From: Neoechinorhynchus agilis
Taxonomy: Eukaryota > Animalia > Acanthocephala
Reading direction: 5' to 3'
Length of the DNA: 64,000 nt
NCBI GenBank assembly: GCA_051530055.1
Contig: CM121342.1
Coordinates: 16,073,480 to 16,137,479, forward strand
The notes beneath the pieces were generated by a model. That model did no database searches and had not been told where the DNA came from. It saw only the letters and a program-made list of their open reading frames with translations. A program made the position numbers and the translations under genes. Shown here one piece after another: positions 11,678 through 23,829 of the stretch. Position 1 is the first letter of the stretch. The number at the start of each line of letters is the position of its first letter.

Positions 11678-12614
11678 GGGCCACCATTAATTCACAAAAC
11701 AAAAACTTGATCAATCATGGGGCTGAAAATCAATTAGTATTTCATGTGATAATGAATTTATTTTCTATAAAAGAAGTATCTTAAATGTATGAATAAAATC
11801 GAACAGTTCTCAAAAAAATCCACAAAATTGCATGTCGCCATAAAGTCACGGGTATGAGAAAAAACGAACTCCGCGATGATCCTCCGCTTTTTAAAGATTC
11901 TTAAATACCTAGGAAACTCAAAATTACATGTCACCTATAGACTCATAAATACTTTCGAGTTGAATTTCCTTTTAAATTTCCAAATCTAAAATCTCGTATT
12001 GAGGACCGAGTTAGTGGTCAGTTTGGGTTTTTTAATGTAAGATACGTTCAATTTTTGGTTTTACACTGATTTCCCTGTTACGGTTGTTTGCAATCCGCAT
12101 TTTTCTCAACGTTCATGTAGCACCAACCTTTTTTCGCATACTTTCTTACCTTTCATCTCATCGCAACCCCCGTTGCTCCATGCTATTGTCCATCAACGTT
12201 TCCTCTCACCGTTTTCCTATTATCTCATTTAGTTCCATTTTTACAATCTTCCATTCTTGTTGTGCTTCCATCACTTTTCCGTCTTTCCGGCTCGTAATCC
12301 AGTTTACTGAAGCTACCCCAAACTCATTTGATTTCCCCTTTTCTGTCCGTCCTCCATTTCACCCCGTTTTCCCAAAGCTTTCCTTTTTCTCCTTATCGAT
12401 CGCTGTCTCCCACAAATAATCAAGGTTTTTCCACTTTTTATTGTCTTGTATTATTTGAGTTCTCCCGCACAATGAAAGAGTTTACGCTTTCGTTGTTTTC
12501 TTTAAACGAATACAGAACTGTTTTTTTCAATAATTATAGCCAGGATGCGAGTTATGCGCGTTGTTTCTCTATAGACCTTCAGTATTGTCCCATCTTGCGA
12601 TAAAGATATCGATA

Positions 12615-15600
12615 ATGGCGAATCAACTTGTCTTTATGATAGCAGAGAAACCGTCATTGGCTGAAAGCATTTCTCGAATCCTAAGCCATGGGAACTGCAA
12701 AAAGGCTCGCTCAAATCCCAATCCGGTGTTTGAGTGGATGGGTGACGGATCAAATAGTTGTGGACTGCACGGACAATGCCTCTTCAGAATGACCAGTGTT
12801 TGCGGCCATGTAATGTCAGTGGATTTTATAAGCAAATACAATCAATGGGAAAAAGTTGACCCCTGTGAGTTACTTCTAAAATCGGCACACATTGTGAAAC
12901 GAGAGGCAAATCCTAAGCTTCAGATCCCTAAAATGATTCAGCGTGAATCAAATGGATGCCGTGCGGTTGTCCTTTGGCTCGATTGCGATCTTGAAGGTGA
13001 GAACATTTGCTTTGAGGTATTAGATAATGTCGATCATTCGCGGATAAATACAATTCTACGAGCTCGTTTCAGTTCGATAACTGATATCGACATCAAAAGG
13101 GCATTCCATTCTTTATCCGATGGACCGAACGTAAATGAATCAATGAGTGTTGATGCACGACAAGAACTTGACCTGAGAGTTGGTTGTGCCTTCACCCGAT
13201 TTCAAACCTTGTTTTTCAAAAATAAATACTCACAATTGGACAGTTCATGTGTTAGTTACGGACCTTGTCAGACGCCTACACTTGGTTTCTGTGTAAAGCG
13301 ATACGACCAAATACAGAAATTCAGGCCTCAAGACTACTGGAACGTGTGTGCCGACCTTGGCGAGCCTTCGGTAACGCTCATCCACTCACTTTGTCCATTC
13401 TATGACAGGTCAGCGTCTTTGACTGTCGCTGCATTAATCGAAATGGAAGATACTGCTGAAGTTGTAGGATGCAAAAAGTCCGAAAAACGACGACCACGTC
13501 CCCACGCACTAAATACCGTCGAACTGCTTCGTGTAGCCAGCGCTAAACTAGGAATCGGGCCGGCCGAAACAATGTACGCAGCAGAGAGATTATATACGCA
13601 AGGCTTAATCAGTTATCCGAGAACTGAAACTACTCAGTATGCTTCTAGTTTTGATTTCAGAAATCCCTTGAGTATGATTGAACGCTTAGATGCGTACCGC
13701 GAGTACGTTTCACCTTTACTGCAAGCATCTAGACTGTGTCCGAGGAAAGGAAAGGATTCCGGCGATCATCCACCCATCACTCCAGTCGGCGTTCCATCAT
13801 CTGAGCTTTCAGGCGATATGCGTAGACTGTATGACTATGTTTGTCGACATTTTATTGCAAGTCTAAGTGATGATTGTGTTAGTGAGGAAACTCGTGTAGA
13901 GGTTCGCATCGGTGTTCATTCTTTCAAAACATCAGTTGTCCAACCAAAGTATCCGGGATGGACAATGGTTATGAACTACATAAATGAAAGCGATACAAAT
14001 GAACGAATACCCTCGCTGGAGGTGGGCTCACATGTAAAGGTCAAGAAATCATATTTAAAAGACGGTCAAACGCGATCACCGGATTTCTTGACTGAAAGTG
14101 AACTGATAGGACTAATGGAGAAACACGGAATTGGAACAGATGCCTCGATTCCAACTCATATCAAGAATATTGTAGATCGAGCTTACGTTCACTTAGACTC
14201 CTGCTTTCCGGCTGAATTGATTAGGTTGTCTCAGGAGAAAAATTTCAAGGATATGAATATTCTACGCTTAATAGAATAAGATTAGCTGTTGAATCTAAAA
14301 TCAATGCATCAAACTTATTAATTTTTGACTTGTGGTGAAGATAATCCCGGTTAAAAATCATTTTATTATTAGGAAATATTTCGCGAGGAAACCTCGCCTT
14401 ATCAATCACTGCTAAAAATTTACCATTCCGATGGATTTTATCGATATAATTAACGTTATTAATGATGCCATTCTGAATTAGGTCCAATTTGTAATTGTCC
14501 TAAGCTCTTGAACTTGTTTGGGTGGACGATGGTTTGCGTAGAGATGTTTTAAGGTACCAGCCCAATGCCTTCTCAAAATAAGCTACTGTCTGGCTAAAAA
14601 TATTAACTTTTCTGAAACGTTAGAATCATCGAATATGTGCATGTATCCGGAAATCTGAGTGTAGATACTTCGGGTGGAAAGCGGCGCCTTATTCCAACTT
14701 CCCTCGGTCTAACTTTGATTCATGGATACGAGGAAATCGATCCTGAGTTATGCGAGCCTCACATGCGTTCTGCTTTGGAAAAACAACTTATGCTGATAGC
14801 CAGAGGTCATGCAAGATTTGAGGATGTGCTAACACACACTCTCCGGATATTTGAAGCTAAGTACCACTATTTCGTCAGTAAAATCACAGCGATGGACAAC
14901 TTAATGCAAGATTGCTTTGACGTGAGTGCGGATCTTGAGAAGAAGATGCTGTCGCGATGTGGAAAATGCCTTCGCTTTATGAACCTGATCGGATTTGGAT
15001 CTAGGTATCGGTTGCACTGCGGGAACTGCAAAAACACATATCAATTACCACGATCCGACACATCGGCCCCTCATCCATATGGTGAAAAACGGTGCCCTCT
15101 GGACGAATTTGAACTTATCACAGTCTCTCAATCAAACCCGGCAAAGTCCATGGTTGTATGTCCTTACTGCTTCAACAGACCGCCCTTTGAGGGAATGAGA
15201 CCACAAAATGACACTTGCAATAGGTGCCTTCATCCATCATGCCCTCAATCCTTTAAGAGCGAAATTGACGATAAAAGAGTTAAATATAAGGAAGGCGATT
15301 ACCTCAAAGTCTCTATTTAAGAACCGATCCGTACTTTTTTACTTAAATGATTTATTTTTAGCAATGATCTTAAGACATTAACACAATTAGATACCCTTCT
15401 TCACTGGCATATCAAAATTTCTTAAACTTATTTGCGGTGTACTAACTTAATCGAACTGACTCTTCAACACTTCAACTGTGTTCAACGTGTGAACGTTCTT
15501 CAATCCCGAGGAGCACGGGATATTATTGCTACCTATAACCGCCTCAATACCTCTGTTCCCAAGCAACTATTCATCCATCACTGTCGTTATTCATTTTGAA

Positions 15601-16076
15601 CGTCGCGGCTATCCTAGCCCATTTTCCTCTTCGAGCTCAGCTAATTTTTTCCGCAGATCTCATCAATTTCGCTATGTACGGTTCGAGGTATATGCCAATG
15701 TTTTGAGTGTGCCAACATGGGAATCCTATACCTTGAAGATTGTGGTAAAAACTACAACATTTCATGTTCCACTTGTCCTTTGGTTGTTGATCTTGGAAAA
15801 AACCTAAAATCAGCGAAGGTGTCAAGTGTTCAATGCGACAAATGCAGTGTCGCCTATCTGGTTGCAACCGTCTCATCATCAGGACAAAAGGCAATGTTCT
15901 GTATATTATGCGGTTCTAATGGTGGGATCGATGAGGATGACTGGCTCCGAAAGGTGCTTTCAAATGCACTGAGAGCAATGCCGCGGTTTTCAAGTCAATT
16001 GACTGAAAGCAGGGGGAGAGGTGGAGTAACTAGACGGCGGTGGCGAGGCGGGCATCGAGGCAAGCGAAGAGAGTGA
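12615..16076 (+). CDS. TOP3B: DNA topoisomerase III beta. Predicted exons 12615-14193, 14662-15254, 15678-16076
   Basis: MIAEKPSLA, TSVCGH, WLDCDLEGENICFEV, SYGPCQTPTLGF, YPRTET (catalytic Tyr), DHPPITP, GIGTDASIPTHI, zinc-ribbon C-terminus and RGG tail. Confidence 0.95.
14194..14661 (+). other. Hairpin-bounded non-canonical intron candidate, TOP3B intron 1 (468 nt)
   Basis: Removal gives RAYVHLDTSGGKRRL; TAGA direct repeat at both junctions; inverted repeat at 14197-14211 and 14647-14660. Confidence 0.65.
14371..14408 (-). ncRNA. Degenerate hammerhead/Penelope relic inside TOP3B intron 1
   Basis: Minus strand reads UUGAUAA-G-GCGAGG-uuu-CCUCGC-GAAAUAUU; stem II identical to the 5897-5943 copy, core mutated. 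Confidence 0.55.
15255..15677 (+). other. Hairpin-bounded non-canonical intron candidate, TOP3B intron 2 (423 nt; or AG...AT at 15256-15675)
   Basis: Joins HPSCPQSF to TVRGICQCFEC; perfect 11-bp inverted repeat at 15258-15268 and 15663-15673. Confidence 0.65.
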
Positions 16077-16229
16077 TGGATTCGCCTGTTTAAAAACTTT
16101 TATTGTTTATCCGAGAACTAAACAATTCTGGCAGTACGGGTCTTTTGCAATTAGATTATTATTCGGCAAAACTTTAGACTGGATAATGTGCTTTTAAGTG
16201 TTGCGTTATAATTTAGCCCTCAAAAATAT

Positions 16230-17115
16230 CTCATATTTCAGCACAACTGCTGATATTACCATTAATTCTTCGAAGGATTATAGCCCATCCCACCTCTCTC
16301 TCCTCAACCTCTAACGAAATCACGCACATAAAAGATTTCTGCACCAATCAAGAACTAAACCTGAATTTCTCTAAATGCTTTGAAATGATCCCCTCATTCC
16401 CCACAACCTCACATCCCACCCCGAGCTTCTAAATGACATCCTACGAGTCACATCCCTAAGAATTCTGGGTGTCAAATATCAACCAAACTTGAAATGAAAC
16501 TCGCACATCACTCTCTCCTTCAAACTCAACACCTTTAAAATTTATCTAATCAGATGCCTTCCGAAATTTAGGAGTCCCTGCATCCGGTCTCTCAAAATTT
16601 TGCTTATGCTTTATTTTACCCTTCCTCATCTATGGTTGGTTATCCCGTCTTTTGCAACCTATCCAAATCTCAAATCCGTCGTCTTGAAATGTTTCATAAA
16701 AGAGCATCTAAAATTTGCACAGCTGATTTTCCTCCTCACCGAATGCCCTGATACTATTTTCATAAAACAAACAAAACGCCTATCAACCCTTCCACCACAA
16801 TTTCTACCACATATCGCCCACTTTTCTCCCCTTAATCTCGCACCCCCTATATCTACGCTCCTTTTTCCATGCTGCGCAATCTTCTCGCATATCATAACTT
16901 GAAATGAATCAGGGAAAGACCAACCTTACAAGCATTCATACAAACAATATCCGCTAATTCCCATAAGAACGGACCTTCCAACCCGACTGGATATTCCCAC
17001 CCGCCCGGACTCGTGATCCATTCCAAAATCAATAGTCAGATTCATTTATCCAATCAGAACTCGAGTGTTTACGAAGACCCAAAGGTACATGGGTCTTCTT
17101 CTTTGTGCATTAACA
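16230..17115 (+). mobile_element. 5'-truncated, frameshifted CR1/L2-like LINE 3' part
   Basis: RT C-terminal remnants (ILGVKYQPNLK, LEMFHKRASKI), tail stem-loop GAAGACCCA-AAGGTACA-TGGGTCTTC and (TAT)n-like end. Confidence 0.65.
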
Positions 17116-17416
17116 AATAAAACGGGTTATTATTATACCGCGTCCCCGGCAACGACTGCGAGGTGCTCTTCGTAGGTGGTATCCACTATGGATATATTCT
17201 TGATTTAAGCACTTGTGTTATGTTGCGATATTTGTGTTGGTTTAAAACTGAATCCATTAAAACATTGTTGAATGCGAAACAAATGAGATAGGACGTTAGC
17301 GAACAATTACCTTTCAAACAGATCCTTAAAGACATGATTCGTCGATTTTCATCCATTTCTACCCTTTTGAAATTTCGACGATAAACTCAGCACACCAACT
17401 TGTTTTTTTATCGCTT

Positions 17417-18927
17417 CGCTACTCTAGGAGGTTCCCCGTCTGAAGTCCTACAAGATTTAACGGTTCTTTTAGAAGAATGTAAAAAAATTGGCCTCAAACT
17501 GAACCCAAGCAAGTGCGAAATTTTGGTTTTGAATTGTGGGGACGAGGAACGCGCACAAATTTTGAGAGAGTTTGAAAAGGCCGCACCTAATATCCGACTT
17601 ATCACCAAGTCCAGCTTAGAACTGCTGGGAAGCTGCGTTCTCGAGGAGAATATGCAGGCTGATATCAGGAAAATCAGACCTTCCATTGATCTCATCTGTT
17701 CAAGGGCCTCTGAACTTTTCCCTCACGATGCTCTCTTCCTTTTAAAAAATTGCATCTTCATTCCACGCATCCTCCATAAACTGCGGTCAACCCCTTCCTT
17801 TCAATGTCAGCCCGAATTGAGAGAGATTGATGGTTCTTTAAGGGATGGTCTATGCAAGATCCTTAATATTAAGTTCCCCGACACTGGCTGGACCCAGGCA
17901 TCTTTGCCCACAAGCTACGGAGGGATCGGTATTCGTGCCAGCTCAGCCATTGCGCTTCCAGCCTTTCTATCGTCTCTTAGTAGGTCCAAGCGCCTTTCCA
18001 GATTGATTTTGAAACATAATTTTGAGGAGGACATCAGCCTGGAGCCCGCTCTTCATCTTTGGATGTCCCTGTCTAACCTCGACAAGATTCCAGACCTCCC
18101 GGAAAAACAGAAATCGTGGGACATTCCGTTAGTGGAGCGTGTTCACACCTCACTTTTTGACACGCTCTCCGACGTGGATAGAACGCGATTAACTGCAGTT
18201 TCCTGCAAAGAGTCCGGCGCCTGGTTGAAAGCTGTACCATCAGCAAATATCGGTTCGAGATTAGACGGCGAGGCTCTCAGAATCGCAGTGTACCTAAGGC
18301 TCGGGCTCCCGGTTTGTATCCCTCACACCTGCCGATGCGGGACGGAAGTCGACCCCTCGGGCAGGCACGGTTTAGCCTGTAAACGCTCAAGTGGCCGTTT
18401 TGCTAGACACACCGAAATAAACGCATTGCTGAGCCGCGCTTTGAAAACGGCTAACTCTCCGAATATCCTCGAGCCTAGCAACATCTGCAGGATCGATGGC
18501 CGTAGGCCGGATGGAGTTACCGTTTTTCCTTGGAGCAGGGGCAGATGTTTAATATGGGACGCAACATGCGTCGACTCCCTTGCAGCCAGCAATCTGCGAG
18601 ATGCATCCTCCGGGGCTGGGGGAGCCGCATCAGCAGCTGAGCTTCGTAAGGTTGCAAAATACGCCGATTTTACAAATTCTTATCATTTTGTCCCCTTCGC
18701 AGTGGAAACCTTAGAAGCTTTCGGACGTGCGGCGAGGAGTTTTGTTCTCGAACTGGGGCATCGTCTGATCAACTCGACCAATGACAGGAGGGCTCGCTCG
18801 TTCCTAGTACAGAACATATCCTTGGCTATCCAGCGAGGAAACGCAGCGAGTGTCTTGGGGACGGTGAAGGACAATTCAGAATAATATAAGTTAACTTTTA
18901 AAAAAAAATAAATGCTTATTATTTAAA
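17417..18927 (+). mobile_element. 5'-truncated CRE-like non-LTR retrotransposon (RT C-terminus, CCHC-type region, PD-(D/E)XK endonuclease)
   Basis: Uninterrupted 494-aa ORF with GGIGIR, SGAWL, RLGLPVC, GRHGLAC, RHTEIN, RPDGV, WDATCVD, FVPFAVET, QRGNAASVL; the empty site is visible at 38965/38966. Confidence 0.9.
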
Positions 18928-20266
18928 AGCTCTCATTTTGTCACAAAAAAGACATTCTTGAATACAAACTGCTATTTATAGTGCATTAATTCTTTACACC
19001 ATAAACTCTTTAGGCCATTTTTGAAGATTTCTCATGCTTCCTCAGATTGTTTGATAATTCTCACTTCATAGAAAAGGTAGAGGAGTATTTGGTGGCCTGT
19101 GTTCTGATGATTAGCCCCTCATTACACAACGATCCGGTGCTTTTAGATCGGGTCAAGGTTATGATGATTTTGCTTTCTGATACATGGAAAAAAATATTGG
19201 GCAATGTAATTCGTGCCTCCAAAATTTTCATTTCAAAGGTGAACACACTAGCAACTGATCGCTATGGTTGATATTAATCTTAATAGCAATAATAGCGTGA
19301 ATCGCTGCTTGATTTTCCAGGCGCATGTCTTAATTTTAGATAATTTAATTTGACGTATACGACCTAGAGTTTATTTATTTGCCTAGCTTTCGCCGTATTA
19401 CGGTTTCAACTGGGCAATTGCTTGTAAGCTTTTAAACAAAAATCTTAATAGCGTTTTTTTGGCGACAATAGAATATGAGATGTACAAAAAATATTCAGCA
19501 TAACACATCGCTGTTTTGTTTATATCACATAGACTCCTTGGTGAATGAAAAAAATAATTTTACGATTAAAAAAATAAATTCAATAAGCAAAAGCATTTAC
19601 ACGAATTTAGATCAATTGTGATTATGTAAAGTTCAAGAAAGATATTCGTCTGTGGACGTCGTTCTAAAAACGAGTGAACTACGGCTCTAAATAAAACCCT
19701 GCCGTCTTCTACTAAAGTGCTTGCCTTTTACAAACGCACGAAATAATTTGAACAACATACTATCGTTCTTCAGTGTGTAAGAAGGCAAGAAGCACATTCA
19801 ATTAAACATTGAAAACCCCATGTGTACTCCATTGTTCAATGAACGGACGTTCGTAAACATTGCCAATTTATGGTCACTTGACATCCATCTGAAGGAGATT
19901 CAGACGTCTAGAGCTTAAATGTCGCGGATTTTCAATCAAGCTTATTTTGAAGATAATGACAACTCACATACTAGGTAGCGATGATTTTTTCGCTGATAAA
20001 AATGCTATTATTAGCAAAAAAAAAAAATGATAAAAATGCTATTATTATGAAACTATTTTTCAATCTCGATATTAGTACATAAATTATAGATTGTTATTAA
20101 GGCAATGAGCAAGCGGCACAGAATATGTATCGCAAAAACACGAATACGGATAACTTTTTATGGATTTTTAGTACATTGCGCGGGCAGTGTCCCCTTCGGA
20201 ACACCTATAAGTTCACGTCTTTGCCGAAATCAAACTGCAGGGATTTTTTATTGCGCAAAATTAGGA

Positions 20267-20347
20267 CAGATTAAAGAAGATAAGTTTTCAAGAAATGAGT
20301 TGTTTGCTTGACTCAATTCTGTCATTTGCATGATCTTCCTTATCCAT
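20267..20347 (-). promoter_or_regulatory. SECIS element of SELENOW copy A
   Basis: Mirror of 37580-37660. Confidence 0.75.
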
Positions 20348-20351
20348 GTCC

Positions 20352-20758
20352 TCATTTTGACGATGTTTTCACAGCACCAGCGATTTTATTGATATCGGCT
20401 TTGGCTGGGAATTTGTCAGTTTCCTAAAGGCAATTTTAGATGAGTTTCATGACACTGAAATTCCTGCCTTTTTTGAGAACATCAACTTGCCATTCACGCT
20501 CACTTCGAACCACCCAGTGGAAGTGGTCGTTGCTTCGAACGTCTAAAGCAACATCTTAATTTTTGAATAAAAAATAGTACACGATCTTACAAAGTTAATG
20601 TTCACTTGTTTTCCGACCTCAGAAATGATAGCTTCTTTGAACTTCTCATACTGAGGTCCGTAATTTCATGCTCCACTGTAAGAAGAGAAATCGTTGTTTG
20701 TAGCCTTAGAAAGCGAAAAAACTCACCAGTAGAGAACGTGAACCTTCGCGCTTTTCAT
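20352..20758 (-). CDS. SELENOW: Selenoprotein W copy A (4 exons, in-frame UGA)
   Basis: Mirror of 37170-37575; spliced product MKSAKVHVLYCGAUNYGPQYEK...GWFEVSVNGKLMFSKK. Confidence 0.88.
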
Positions 20759-21679
20759 TAGAAGACGATTGCTCAAGGAGACGAGATGAAAAACGAAGAG
20801 TCTGAAATAATCTGCTTAATTATGCGAAAAACGACTGCTCAAAAGCGGTGCGCTTGCTAAGTAACGGGTTATGCGATGTGAATAATTCTACACGAAAAAT
20901 ACGGTTTCAGCGTATTTTTGCCGTTGTTTATCTCAACGATCAACACGGTAATCTGATCACTGAACGTACGACAATACTGATGACAAGCATTAAAAGAAAC
21001 AACCGAGTTCTCGGTATAGACTTCCCACCTAGTAATAGGCGTACATTAGTCAACTCTTCGTTATCAAGTTTCTTTTACAAAACTTCTTCGCTTTTAAAAC
21101 GTGCACTTCTCGATATTAACTTTAGTTATATATACAGACTTATGCTCACTTTCTTTGGAGACTGTCTATCCTTTTTTACCAGAGGTCGACCACCCGAAAT
21201 GCGAGTCGCCTTTTTTAACTTATTTGTTAAAAAAATTATGATTCCTAAATCTCGTCTTCGATCAGCTTTACATCCAATTTTTATAAGTAAGGTATGGTTT
21301 TACTGTCCATCCCTCTCTTTTAATAAACTCTTCCTTTTAATAATGATATTTTTATTTTATCATCCCCATATAGCCAGGTTAAATCTTTTACCCAATTATC
21401 TATTAGAAAATGTTTACCTAATGAAAGAAATACTCTTGAACCCTTACTCTCAATCCTTACTTTCAATGACATATTAAAAATATTCTTTAGCAAAACACTT
21501 CTAAACGCGTACGTCCCATTTGTTCGGAAGCAAGGGGTTGTGATTGAGGAGCTTGAGATCACTCCTACTTTCGACATCACTGTCTTGCTTCTCTCTTTTA
21601 ATTACATTTATACCTTTCTACTCAAGCAAGCAACTACGAATACGAATTCAATGTGTGTATGCGATTAAATATAAATAAA

Positions 21680-23200
21680 TACTGAAAAAATGGCAGGAAT
21701 ATTTCCATGAGTTGTCGACAGAAGAGTTCCCTCACCCATCGATCCCCGATTTCCCTAAGACGTACGGCCCGATACCCCCGTGAACGATTGAGAAGTACAA
21801 GAGGTAATCAGAGGGATGAAACGCGGGCAAGCAGCAGGACCAGACGACATTCCGGTTGAGTTGTGGAAGGCAAGATGCTTGAACCCTACGCCATGGTTAG
21901 CGGCACTATTTAATAAGATCATCGACGAAAACAGAATGCCAAGCGATTGGCGGCAGAGTACGACCATACCGATCTTCAAAAATAAGAACAACATAGCCGA
22001 ATGCTGCAATTATCGTCCAATAAGGCTATTATCGCATACAACGAAGATATTCGAACGCATCGCCGATGGAGGAACTCGTGAAGTAGTGGACATAACGACT
22101 AACAAAACGGTATTCGTCAGGGTATGTTGAACAACATACGCAATACATGCTGCCCGAGCGAAAAGTATCACGAGAAAAAGAAAGACCTATTTATGGCGTT
22201 CCTTGACTTAGAAAAGGCATTCAATTGCGTCCCCGCGATCTTATATGGTACGCGCTGCGACAACACTGGATACCTGAAATACTTGTGAAGTGGGTCAAAC
22301 TTTTCTAATATGAGCCAAGAAGCAGTGTTAGATTTTCACCAGGAATCTCAGCGCAAGCGCACTATCACCGCTGCTATTCATTTTGCTAATGGACACAATA
22401 TCTCGTGACATTCAGCGACCGATGCCATATACGATCCTCTACGTCGATGATGTACTCCTAGTGACGGATAATCAGACGGATCTGCGGGTCTTAGTGCAGG
22501 CATGGAGTGACCGTCTTGTGAGTTTCAGATTACGATTAGACCTGAACAAAACTGAATATATGGCCTCTGATAAGAATCAGTCCATCCAGGTCGACAACAC
22601 CGTACCGAAGAGCACCGACAGGTTTAAATACTTCGGATCATTCATCTCAGCTATAGGTGATTTACAATACGAAGTGTCATCAAGAATAAGCGCTGCCTGG
22701 AGGACTAAATGGCGATCAACAACCGGTGCACCTTCCTATTGCAGCATAAAAGGCAGCCTAAAATCGAAGATCTACCGGACAGTTATCCGACCTGTAGCAA
22801 TGTATGGTGCTCAATGCTGGTCGATGAGCAAAGCTACGGAGAAGCGCCTATCAGTCATAAAGATGAGGATGTTGAGGTGCATAAGTGTGCTTACTCTGCG
22901 TGAGTATATCCGAAATGAAGACGTAAAGACGAAGCATGGAGTAATGCCGATACAAAATAAGCTGAAGGAAGCGCCTCCACGATGGCACGGTCATGTTCTA
23001 AGGGCTAATGACGACGCAATCATCAAAAGGAGTCTTGGAATCCAAGTCCAAGAAAGACGCCCTAAAGGACGACCGGACGAGACCTGAAGGCTGCAAGTCT
23101 GCACATGGACATGGTACATGACAGAGGAAAATGGAGGGCTAGATCGATGAGAACAGACCTCGCCATTGTGCGGGACAAGGGCTAAAGAACGAGAAGAAGC
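21680..23200 (+). mobile_element. 5'-truncated RTE-clade non-LTR retrotransposon (decayed)
   Basis: AAGPDDIPVELWK, WRQSTTIPIFKNK, YRPIRLL, LYVDD, RWHGHVLR, RPKGRP, GAAGAAG tail; frameshifts present. Confidence 0.9.
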
Positions 23201-23450
23201 TTTAGAAAGCGAAAAAACTCACCAGTAGAGAACGTGAACCTTCGCATTTTTCATTAGAAGACGATTGCTCAAGGAGACGAGATGAAAAACGAAGAGTCTG
23301 AAATAATCTGCTTAATTATGCGAAAAACGTCTGCTCAAAAGCGGTGCGCTTGCTCTGCAACGGGTTATGCGATGTGAATAATTCTACACGAAAAATACGG
23401 TTTCAGCGTATTTTTGCCGTTGTTTATCTATATCGGTATTCTGTCTAAAT
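23201..23450 (-). pseudogene. SELENOW exon-1 plus upstream remnant (MKNAKVHVLYC), cut in intron 1 by the RTE
   Basis: Diverged direct repeat of 20705-20940; ATG at 23254; intron 1 abuts the RTE tail at 23200. Confidence 0.8.
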
Positions 23451-23829
23451 TATAAAGGTGTCTGATGTTCAAATTGAAAATATCTAGAAATTTGAGACCC
23501 ATTCGTTACAATTTCTCAAGGACCAATAAAATTTCAAGAAAACGAAGCTCTTATAAAGGACTGACAATTCGCCGTCATCGATTTCATTTTTTAAGAAAGC
23601 GAAAATATAACATGCATGGAATCGTATTTAAAAAGGGGTTTCTTTCCTCAAAATATTAGCTTATTGCCTACTGGAGACAAGAGATTTCGTCGCAGCGTTA
23701 GTCGGGACATTCATGATTCAGCGTACTTTTTCGAACACTCAAAGGGACTCGGCTACTATATCTTTTTCGTCCAGAGTAATCTACTTGCTTGGAGATTTAA
23801 TAACATGTATTATTGCCGTTTCGCTGTAA

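Noticed and set aside
20848-21580. 209-aa ORF (and mirror 36451-37080) as a real gene
   Set aside because: Non-ATG start, compositionally like the antisense of AT-rich decayed sequence, no motifs recognised.
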